Source: Setoptus koraiensis
Lineage: Eukaryota; Animalia; Arthropoda
Direction of reading: 5' to 3'
DNA length: 64,000 nt
Assembly (NCBI GenBank): GCA_048013815.1
Contig: CM106586.1
Location: forward strand, 14,136,001-14,200,000
Position 1 is the first letter of the stretch; the number at the start of each line of letters is the position of its first letter. Below the pieces are notes generated by a model, which did not search any database, had not been told where the DNA came from, and saw nothing but the letters and a program-made list of their open reading frames with translations. Made by a program: the position numbers and the translations under genes. This document shows positions 22,786 to 33,768 of the stretch, piece after piece.

Positions 22786-25717
22786 ACTTCAATATTTGTA
22801 CAAACTATCTTATCATCTCTCGAAGTAGATAGTGAGCGAGATAAGAATAATAGTAGGAGAAGGACAACTGTGTAAAAGCAATCTATAAGAGAGGCGATGG
22901 AATATTCTGAGAATGTTGCCCGAGAGTACGGAAACAATGTCTACAACAATGAATTTGAGTCGATGATTATAGATAACACTTGCATGCAGCTCGTGTCGCA
23001 TCCGCAACAATTTGACGTTATGGTAATGCCAATTTATACGGAACATCATAGATAACCTCGGGGATTAGTTGGCGGTGCCGGCATGGTTCCGGTGCAGTTA
23101 TTCATCTGAGAGCGTTATATTTGAACGTAAGTATCAATCGCATTCAGATTCGTTACATTATTCATATACAACTTATAACAATTATTAATACAATTATTTA
23201 CTTTTTCGTTCTCGCAATCTTCAGGGCGAGCATGCTACGGTAAGAGTGGGCAAAAATATTGCAAATCCAACAGCTATGTTACTTTGTGTTCAATCTATCA
23301 AACATGTTAATTTGCATGAATGCTAGACTGGTTAGAATGCGTCGAGATGTCTGCTAAGGCAAAATCAAGACACGAGATTGGGGGTTAGCAGCATACCGAT
23401 TTTACGGGTGTCATAGCGAATCTTAATTAGTTATATAGAATATAATCATTATTGGTTCAAGATCAAATGCTTAGATGTTATATCGCGTTAGGTATTATAA
23501 TATATCGATAATGAATAGATGTAGAAGGTACATGAGTATTGTTAGTAAATGGAACTAGTGTTATATTAACATATAATGATAATAGATAATAAAATAGACA
23601 TGGGCACCAAAATGTAGGGAATGGGCTAATTTAACACTTATTAATGATTGATGGCAGTACGGTTCTAAAATTCCATTCGCACAGCATGAATGTAGCTTCT
23701 GTTGCTGTTGATTAGGAGGGTTGGGATATATTAGACTGTTTGTTGTGCTAACGGTATGAGGCAAAATCTGCGAGTTCATTAGATTGGCAAGGTGACAACA
23801 ATCATTATAAGTTAGTATTGTGAGCAGTAAATAAATGTCTTTCGACGAAAAACGTGGAATGGAACAGAGGTCAATAGTAATAGATATATATAAGTACATA
23901 GATAGGAATAGATTCATGTGGTATGAACGACATAGTAAATAAATGGTATGAATTGGACGGTGAGATTGTCAAAAACAGTTATAAGCACTGTCTTCTGATA
24001 CGTGAATTTGTGATTATTCGAATCGATCGATCACGATTATTACGAGTGCTTTACATGGTTTTCGTCAATTTCATACTGTCTGTATGTTGCATGGGTGAAG
24101 TGGTTTGCGCTGGTGCTGAAGAGAATCGTGAGGATTATAGTGTATTGTTGGAAATGTGAAATAACATGATTGATCATAATACGTAGTTATTTGACACGTA
24201 GTGATGCCAATTTAGATGGGAACACGATTTTATATGTTTTTGAAGCGAACTTGAGCCTGGTGAAACAATTAAAATTTCTATAGCGTGGAAAGGTAAGTTA
24301 CTTAGAAGCTAGTGATGATGACATGAGTTTATGTTTAGTTGAATAATAATGTTTCACAAAATATAGAGATCATCGTAGAACGCCGGATTACGTATGGTTA
24401 TATTTTGCAAGCTATGAGGATATTATCAAAAATCGCTATCAAGATAGTGGTTGTAAATAGTCGCTCATATCAGAAGAGTTGAGACTTCAAACTTGCAGGG
24501 TTTTGCCATATTATCGAGTATGATAGATAAGAGACATTGCGAAATAATAAATGCGGTGGGTTGAATGTATAACGACACGGCAAATTCCAGAACAGGGATG
24601 ATAACAGAGCACAACAATTGGAAGATAAATAGTCGTCGGAGGATTTGTCGCAGATTAGAGGCTTTGTTAATGAGACAACAAAGCCATTGAAAGATCAATG
24701 ATGAGAAGTAGAAAAGTAGACGAATTATAACATCTTAACAGTGGAGGCATGTGACTGTGTGTCAATCTATGATAAGATCTTTATTACACGGTTTGGCCTT
24801 GGAGGATTCTCGTAGTTGGTACAGAACAACGGTCTATGTAAGAAAAAATGTCATGATATATGGTGTATATTTAGTAGGAATTAGTCGTCAGTTGTTGAGT
24901 CATTAGATGTACAGAGGTACATGTTGGATAGAAATCTATTTCCAGATCGATGTTCTTAGAGTTGACACTCATACGAATGGATTTTGCGCTGTTTTATATA
25001 TCTTTGATTTTAATTTGTATAATAAAGGATTTGCTTCTCGGTATAAGCATGATTGGTTCGGCATCAAGCTATTGTTTGCATTGAAACTGTCATAGTGATT
25101 GAAGCTTATATCTAGAATTACTGATCTGGGTGACCATAGACCCGCTTTCGACGAGGGTACTGCCTTCGAATTGACACGATCCTAATGTGCTTTCATGCCA
25201 TATGACGTTTGATTGTTCATTGGACGTTGATTTCAATTTGTGGCGGGTTGAGCTTTATTTTAATCTTCCTGTGGATAGTGCAAGGATATCTTTTCACAAA
25301 TCATGATTGGTATAGTGTTCAAGCTGTATTCTTTTTTCATTGTAGTAGAAGCAAGCGTGGTAATATTCTTGCATATGAGCTATGTTGTTTTTAAGTGTGT
25401 AGTTTTGCTCAATTCTTGTGCATCTGTATTTGTAATTCTCATCGCAATGTTTAATGATGACATTTTATGTAAGTTGTAGAAGTTCAGTGAGGTTGTCGAG
25501 AGCGAATTTTCGTAAAATACAAAGATGGATGATAGTAATGATTTATAGATTGTATGTTTGTCCAAAGACGTTTGCATTTGACAGTTGATTAGACAGTTGT
25601 GGATCATTCTGACTCGACGAGTTGTTTGTGTATTGATAAATGTCAATAAGCTAGTCTGAGATCCCTGCGATTTGTGATTGGAGAAGCTATGCGTTCGATA
25701 ACAAAGAGGGTCTGGAA

Positions 25718-26329
25718 TCATGTCCTTGCACTGTCATTCAGTTTAGAGGATGATCTCTTGAATGGAGACAGGATTGATTCAGTAAAACTTTTGTTGTTGG
25801 CACCATTTGAAGCTCGATTAGATGTTGTATCGTTATAGGTATTTGCAGTTAATTTGTTCAGTTGTTCATTCGATGCCGATTGCCTTGTAGTATCACCGTC
25901 CTGTTGTGCTTCTAAGTTAGTTGGCTTAATAAGTTTACAAGCTGCCTCGTATTCCAGAAACAACGAGCAACCATGACACATGACAGCTCCGCACAGGCGA
26001 CAGTGGTGGCGTCGCCGAGACAGTGTGAAAGATTTAGCACAAAATGGACACAATTTTACAATATCATCAGATGTCCAGTCGACCACTGAACGTTCGTGGT
26101 CTCTCATTTGTACCTTACCATGTTCTCCACCGTCCGCATTAGAATGAGGCGCCTCATTGATGAGCCTGTCTAACCTGAGTAATAATTTATTGGTTTCATG
26201 GCAAATATTTTCATTGTGTCGCTTCCTGATTGATTGAAAGCTCAACCAATTCTCATTGCCATAATCATGATATTGCCAATCTTTAGCTAGTGGACCATCA
26301 TTGAAGAAAACATTCTCTTCGCCATACAT
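25718..26329 (-). pseudogene. Rbsn-5: Duplicate 5' part of rabenosyn-5 within the fold-back copy
   Basis: Protein identical to residues 1-202 of the 18880 copy, then frameshifted. Confidence 0.85.
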
Positions 26330-27002
26330 TTTAGAGATCCGGTAACTAGAATAATATCTTTATTGGAGTGTTTTAAGCGATATAATAGTGGATATGGTGG
26401 GTGGCTTGTGAGATCCAATTCGTCTGGTTTCTATGACGCATTGCATCGTTGATGCAACAACAAAAAGAACAGCTGACAATATTGGTTTGTCAGAATTGGT
26501 GAATCCTGAAGTAACTTCATTTTTGACCGATAGGTTGGTGGCCTTCTGAACATCGCGTTGTCTCTTGCTCCACCTTCCGGTGGTTTCCGAAGATAGAGAC
26601 AATGCAAAGTTGTTGCTGTTGTTTCTGCGGGCGTTATATTATCTGGTGTGCGCGTTCGAAACGAGACCCCATGCAGCGATGTTCGCCCATCTCTGGCGTG
26701 TCTCCTCCATTGCTAAAACGCAGTGGGGCGAAGAGCGTGTGAGAGTGCCCAAAAGGTTCGAAGATTATGGGGCCAGCGACCAACGCTGTGATCTAGAGCG
26801 TTTCACAAATGTTTTTACTATAACGCGTAATCAGTGGTTTTTGTGCATCCCTATTAGTCAAGAATATACGCATAATAATCATATCTAGTCAATCATAACC
26901 GGACAATTCAACTCCAGTCAAAACAGAAATTATCCGCCATCTATATATTTATTGTTATCGTATTATAATAGCGTGTTAACAACATCTTAACCATCCAACA
27001 AC

Positions 27003-27368
27003 ATGGGGAATATCCACACTGTAGGTCCCAACGAGGCGCTAATAGTGTCAGGCGGATGCTTCGGTTCGTCCAAAAAGAAAATAGTTGTCGGTGGCTGGTG
27101 CTGGAGCTGTTGGATGCTGACGAACATTCAAAAGATCTCGCTACAAATAATGACATTGACGCCAAAATGTGAGCACGTTGAAACAACTCATGGTGTTCCC
27201 ATAACGGTGACAGGTGTTGTTCATTGTAAAATAATGTCCAATGATGAATTCTTGCCATTGGCCGCGGAACAATTTTTGGGCAAGAACATCGATCATATTA
27301 AGTCGGTTATTTTGCACACTCTTGAGGGCCACATGAGAGCCGTTATAGGAACACAAACAGTAGAGGCC
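27003..27368 (+). pseudogene. Flot2: Duplicate 5' part of flotillin-2 within the fold-back copy, cut by the gap
   Basis: Identical translation to the first 122 aa of the 18206 copy. Confidence 0.85.
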
Positions 27369-27868
27369 NNNNNNNNNNNNNNNNNNNNNNNNNNNNNNNN
27401 NNNNNNNNNNNNNNNNNNNNNNNNNNNNNNNNNNNNNNNNNNNNNNNNNNNNNNNNNNNNNNNNNNNNNNNNNNNNNNNNNNNNNNNNNNNNNNNNNNNN
27501 NNNNNNNNNNNNNNNNNNNNNNNNNNNNNNNNNNNNNNNNNNNNNNNNNNNNNNNNNNNNNNNNNNNNNNNNNNNNNNNNNNNNNNNNNNNNNNNNNNNN
27601 NNNNNNNNNNNNNNNNNNNNNNNNNNNNNNNNNNNNNNNNNNNNNNNNNNNNNNNNNNNNNNNNNNNNNNNNNNNNNNNNNNNNNNNNNNNNNNNNNNNN
27701 NNNNNNNNNNNNNNNNNNNNNNNNNNNNNNNNNNNNNNNNNNNNNNNNNNNNNNNNNNNNNNNNNNNNNNNNNNNNNNNNNNNNNNNNNNNNNNNNNNNN
27801 NNNNNNNNNNNNNNNNNNNNNNNNNNNNNNNNNNNNNNNNNNNNNNNNNNNNNNNNNNNNNNNNNNNN
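27369..27868. other. Scaffold gap (500 N)
   Basis: Exactly 500 N. Confidence 0.99.
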
Positions 27869-28017
27869 GCATCTCTGCATATTTCCTTTGTCCATGTTTC
27901 GGGTTCTGAGCTATCAACTGGGGAGCTACCATCTTCTGACGAAGTATTGGCTCTATCGGAAAACAATCCAATGCAGACCAGAAGGGCGAATAATAAAGTT
28001 TTAATCAAATGCTTCAT
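27869..28017 (-). CDS. N-terminus of a putative secreted protein, cut by the gap
   Basis: MKHLIKTLLFALLVCIGLFSDRANT has signal-peptide architecture, followed by an acidic Ser-rich stretch. Confidence 0.5.
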
Positions 28018-28019
28018 TG

Positions 28020-28760
28020 CTGCTCTACTGAAATCTTATGATGCCAGACGGTTGCTACTAGAGAAGACGTGTCCTGCAAGTTCTAATTATTCTATAGACC
28101 TTAGAATTTGACTTTTTCTCTCATGGCTGTTTTGGAGCCACCAACAGTTTTTACAATATTAGTTGGTTGCGCTGAGAGAGATTGCTGATCTTCCGATCGA
28201 AATGATTCACAGGATCCGCATAGAATGTCACGATCAGATATTCCAAAAATAACATTGACATCTCTATGTGATATCCCCTTTACATGTACTAGCAGCAGGT
28301 ATGGAGTGACAAACAAAAACAAAAAACTTTCACATGTTTAACTCATGCTCGACAGAAATTTTATGATGCCACATAACTGCTATCGGAAACGACGATATTG
28401 AGGTTGCTCGTGGACAATCAGTTACTGACAGTGTGAGTAATTAGGGTTACTTGAGATTCATAGGTTGAACTAGTCCAGTTTTTTTGCTAATGCTTATTGC
28501 TCAGGCAGCCTTCGGGATTGGACAAATTTTACAGTATCGGTTGTTTGCGTTGAGAGTGTCGTGATGTTTTGAACAAAACCATTCACAGAATCTGTCTGTG
28601 ATCGTTGAATGCCACAATTAGATATTTCAAAAATAACATTGACATTTCTATGTGAGATCCCATTCGCATGTAATAGTAGCAGGTATAGAGTGGCAAAAAA
28701 AAAATCAAATGCCTACACTGTAGCTATGAAACGCCAGGTGAAACAATGAAATCTTTCGAA
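28020..28760 (-). repeat. Diverged tandem units of ~325-385 bp
   Basis: 28206-28320 aligns with 28581-28704; tgctctactgaaatcttatgatgcc (28021) aligns with tgctcgacagaaattttatgatgcc (28346). Confidence 0.75.
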
Positions 28761-29905
28761 AGTGTCAATGATGGATGGTCAAGGGAGGCTAAATTCAAAT
28801 TAGAAATCGACATCGGTGATTTCAGACAAACTGTTTATTCTGACCCATTGACACCTTGCAAGCCGTGTTCTCGTTTCGGGGTTTTTAGGCCGGGCGAGCG
28901 GAACGAGCCGTCGTCACGAGACTAAAGCCTGCCGGGATTTGCACAAACAACTGATGCAACGATTCAAAAATACACATCAGGCGATCTGTGTGTTACCAAC
29001 GGAGTGAAATTGCATATTTGAAGCACTTGATTAGCACTTGATTGATGTATTAATGATAAGTAAAGTAATAGCTCACGAGCTGCATTGATACATTGTAGTT
29101 AGGCACTGATTTTTCCCGTAGAAATCAATTTGATCACGTGAGCGTATTCGACAAATTTGCCCGAATCGTTTGGTCTACTAATTGACTGGACTCAATCCCA
29201 CTCGAAATTTATCTCTAATCAATCGGATTATTTAGACAATGGTTTTGAAACGCAAACAATGTTCATTGCGTTTGAAGCACCCACATTGAGTTCAGTCACT
29301 GATTTTATTGTTTGCAGCTAGACCTAATTCAACAAATATGGTTGACAGATTGGACAACAACCGCTTCATGCCAGAATATTTCAGATCTAGCGGGACAATA
29401 TCCATGCTCGTCGAATACACCAAAAAGATTTCGGCATACGATCGTTGACGGTAGTGTTTTTGGTGCATTTGACCAGCATGAATGCTATCCTGATAGATCT
29501 AAAGTTTTCTGGTTGAACCGGTTTATGTCAAACTTTTTACAACAACGTTGCTTGAATGAGGTCTAGTCTAAAAATAGTAACTGAACTCGATTTGGTTGCT
29601 TCAATGATAATGAAGATCTATGGAAATCATTTTCGTCTCATACCCATACTTCATGGACAGTTTCAGGGATGTAGTGCACTGATACTATCACCAATAATTA
29701 TCATTATTTAAGTATTTAATGGCATAAACAAGATTATTGGTGCACAAATAACAAGCTACAAAAGCGACCCGATGAATCACAAACGAACTTGCTGCTGTCC
29801 GGTAACGACGCACGATAATTACCGAAATAAACAAATTATGATTAAATCAGCTAAACTAGCTTTGCATGGTGTGACGCAGCCCTGATTACTGGTATTGACA
29901 CACTC

Positions 29906-31008
29906 TCAAGTATCTCTCGTTGACACTTGTGGGTCCTCCAAAACGTATTTGTGTCTATCATTTAGCGACGCTACAATGAATATTTTATACAGATAAACAC
30001 CCACAATTGCGCCAACATGCGGACCAACAATAGCGGTGAAAAACCAATATGTGCCATGAATATCATCGAATACCTCAGGGCCATAACCTACCACATAGGT
30101 CAACAGTCGAGGCGATAAATCTCGAGCTGGATTGAAAATGGCTCCACAGTTTGGGTTAAATGCCACACATGTCATAGTGATCACAAGTGTTATCATGAAG
30201 GGCCGATGTTTCATATCTAGGTTCAAATTTTTCTCATCCGAAACGGAGATCATACCAAACAACAGTATGGCTGTACCTATTATTTGATCGATTAATGCGC
30301 CCCAAAAGGTAACATACGGGGCAGGATAAGTGGCAAATATTGATCCGGTGGCATTGTTATGCTGATGGGCAATATGTCGACCTCCGTCCCTGAAGTTGAT
30401 AGCATCTGTATAATTGATCCAAAGCGTGGCTGCCGCCGCAAAGGCACCAAAATATTGAGCCATCAGATAGGCTGGCACGTGTTTCCATTTGACGTCACCT
30501 TTGACGGCGTAAGCCACGGTGACGGCCGGATTTACGTGTGCTCCGGATATTTTCGAGCTTTGATAGTTGAATATCAATTTGATTATTTCGATGAGAATAT
30601 ATTTTATGTTGTTGTAACAAACGCACAAACACATCATCATATCTAGACAGAGTCAGTGTTGATGCCCATTCTCACCTTGCGAACATGGCAATCATATTTC
30701 CGACTCCAAAGCCGAAGCACATGACGAACACATTTAAAGATGCGGGATTATCACTCTGCAAATGGTAAGTTGCGGCAGTTCCGTCTCCGACGACCTATTA
30801 CATGTAGATAGATCAATGGATCGAGTGTGGGATGGATGCAGACAAAAGTCAAAATTCTAGTCCTGTCTAACAATGTGTTTTTTTTCTGTTTTATTTTGGT
30901 ATTTCATGCCGAAATACTCACCACCAACATGAATGTTCCGATAAACTCCGCCAAGAACAATGATATGGCAACTCGATACCGGGATGTAAATGATTCTACA
31001 CACTCCAT
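29906..31008 (-). CDS. Aquaglyceroporin, MIP family (exons 31008-30922, 30794-30676, 30557-29906)
   Basis: LAEFIGTFML, ISGAHVNPAVT and NPARD (Asp after the second NPA is the glyceroporin signature); GT-AG junctions keep the frame. Confidence 0.92.
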
Positions 31009-33191
31009 TGTGCTCGACGTGAACAACACAGTATGATTATATCTTACTCAAGTACTTGACACTTCCAACAAGTCGATTCTATTACTTTTTTTACCTTGGC
31101 ATTTCTTTACCGTGTAGAAATCTTTTCTCCCCTTTCAAAACAATGTAGTAACCTATTGATTAGTAACTGTTCATATGTTAGAACGGCAATCCTTGCGGTG
31201 AGTTCATGTACTGTATTTTGCTGTATGCTCCATTAAAGTCGAACAGCATATGTAATAACCACGATGCAATCATTATGAAATATTTTTGGGGAGAGAGTAA
31301 AAATTAATTACACTGTCATAAAATAATATGACCATGTTTTCAAACGAGTTTGTCAATTTAATCCCTCTTGTAAATGAATATTTCGCACTCATGGTATTGC
31401 GTGTCAACAAAAAAGTTTAAGCCGCCAGACTCGAATCCTTGCTTCACAATTTGTGGATGACAAATCGAGAAAACAATGATTCAAACTTTACAACACGTTC
31501 ATTGTCGATGCAAACATGTAACATTGATAGATGTTATTTCCTTGTAGCTCAGATTGCCGATACCATGATTGATTCCAATCAAGCGGTTACATGGAAAAAT
31601 GCAGCAAAACCATTTTTTTGTATCACCTTAGCATCACCTGTTGCACTGATCTGCGAGCCACCGCCACTAACAAGCAGTTGTAAGTGCCCGATGCAATCAC
31701 ATCCGTCAGCGAATCCGAGTCTGAAGTTTAGTCAGGGGCCCCATATCCTATCGATTGTGCATATACTGGGCTTATCGGGTATCGTTCAGCCGGATGCTTC
31801 AACTGTCTCGTGGTTGGCGATACACGGTAGACAGGGCCTTTCCTGGTGCGAAGTGAAGTAGATCAGGCGAACTCCATAGATCAAAAGTTAAACGAAAGGA
31901 ATGAAGTAGACGAGAATGATGGACACGAGTAAGTCGAGTTCATCAAGTTCAATTTGCACGTTCCCATTGGTTGCTCTTGAAATAATTTGTCATATATCTA
32001 CGTATTCGCAGAGGGTGTTCACGAAAAGCGTGATCATTTGATACAGATTTGATCCCATTTAGTGTCGCAATGATCACTCTATGTGAACAGTCTACACTCT
32101 ACCAAGTCCATCTAGCTTGAATGAGCTCGGTAGAGTCATTAGGAAGTCACAGTAAGTAACATTGTCATTGTTACAGTTACTATCAAAATGAGCGCAGAGT
32201 TGTGCAAACCGCCGGAAGAAAGATCAGATCGCAGTTTGCGTCAGATTATCTGATTTTGTTTGACAATTTTGTGCATCGAAGCGGCTTTTCGTAGCTGTAA
32301 CTCTGCATATATCGCTATTCAATATCGGATATTGTAATCTTGGACGAGGGATGGCGACAATTGCGATTATAATTATACTATGGCGCCAGTGTGACCCGGA
32401 TGAAAAGGCCGACAAGTTGACAGGTTGCGAATGAGCGATTAGCCTTGAGTCACTCAAGTTGAGTGTGGCCTTGAAGAAGGGATTAGAGCGCCCCTGGTGG
32501 ACATTTTCCAAGACAATGTGGGTATTTGAGAGTGAACAGGGGTGAGTGGCCGTGGCCATTGTGAGCGGTGGTTGGCAAGTCGCAAATTGCAATTTTTTCA
32601 AGTTGCCATTTGCAACGTAAGATGGTGTGTGTGCATGATGCAACCTGTGCAAACTGTGTGCCATAGAGAAAAGAACATGCGCCACCGATGAGTCAGCCAG
32701 TGCGTTGTCCAATTACAAGAGAGCGAGTCACCATTGTGTCGGCGTTGCCATTTGCATTTCACACTGCGAACGATGCTCGCCATTGTTGGCAATTTTGCAT
32801 TATTATTATTATCATATTATCATAGTCGCATATAATTTCTGAATATCACAAATACTCGTTGTATAATTATCACCAAACAACTGATATATTTATATATATT
32901 CCAACAAAGCGCTAGCACAACGCGAATATATAAATATCAGCCTTGAATATTGTTGAGACGCACCATTGGACAAATTGGGCAAATTGGACAAATTGGACAG
33001 GCCACGCCAACGCTCGAATTGGTCGACGCCAGATATATTATCATTATTATTATTAATATTATTATATAATACTGTGATACGCAATACATAGTATACGCAT
33101 CGAGGCCAGCCACTCAGCCAGAGCAGCCCCGACAAACCGACAGCAGCACCAAATAGCACCAAATAACAACAGCAATCCAGCACCAGCAGCC

Positions 33192-33623
33192 ATGGTCGAC
33201 AAGAGCCAGTACGGTTTCCAAGGAGGCGACGCGCCCTCGGCCCCGCCGCCGCCCTACTCCACGGTGCCTCCGCCTGGCTACCCCATCGGAATTGTTGCGC
33301 CCGGACAGGCCCAACAACAGCAACAGCAACGCCAGCAGCAGCAACAACAACAACGACACACCGAAACGCCAGTTATCATCTACAACAGCACCAATCCGGG
33401 GCCTTACACAATGCGGACACTATGCTCCAATTGCCATGCTCACATCATGACACAAACGCGCACCAAGCCGGGACTGTTGACCTGGATACTGAGTGGCACC
33501 CTATGCTTTCTCGGCTGGTATCTATGCTGCTGCCTCGTTCCCTTTTGCATAGCCGAGTGTCAGGACGTCGAACACTTGTGTCCCAGTTGCAAATCTCAAC
33601 TCGGGCTATACAAGCGAATATGA
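33192..33623 (+). CDS. LITAF: LITAF/CDIP1-family protein, intronless
   Basis: PPPPY motif, polyQ, CSNC...hydrophobic segment...CCCLVPFC...HLCPSC LITAF zinc-binding domain. Confidence 0.93.
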   Translation: MVDKSQYGFQGGDAPSAPPPPYSTVPPPGYPIGIVAPGQAQQQQQQRQQQQQQQRHTETPVIIYNSTNPGPYTMRTLCSNCHAHIMTQTRTKPGLLTWILSGTLCFLGWYLCCCLVPFCIAECQDVEHLCPSCKSQLGLYKRI

Positions 33624-33624
33624 A

Positions 33625-33700
33625 CAACAAAGACAACAACAACAACAACGACAACAACAACAACAACAACGACAACAAGCGCATCAGCAACAACAACAAC
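33625..33700. repeat. (AAC)n trinucleotide repeat in the LITAF 3' region
   Basis: Seen directly. Confidence 0.9.
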
Positions 33701-33768
33701 TGTGTGCTCATCATAGCTTCATTTATTTGCATTTTATTTGTCATTACTGTTTGTCATTACAACTACCA

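Larger units (their letters stand above)
22830..27368. repeat. Inverted (fold-back) duplicate of 17841-22820; probable assembly artefact
   Basis: Reverse complement of the IDH3B, BORCS5, Rbsn-5 and Flot2 region. 22830-25722 is indel-riddled; 25723-27368 is colinear without indels (paired coordinates sum to 45209); it ends at a gap. Confidence 0.95.

Noticed and set aside
22813-25721. Short ORFs that look like novel genes or pseudogenes
   Set aside because: Frameshifted fragments of the error-rich inverted arm.
27003-28017. Flotillin fusion ORFs across the second gap
   Set aside because: Gap read-through artefact.
31439-31861. 140-aa ORF or possible structured ncRNA upstream of the aquaporin
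   Set aside because: No protein family recognised, and motifs for RNase P/MRP, U3, 7SK and SRP were not convincingly matched.
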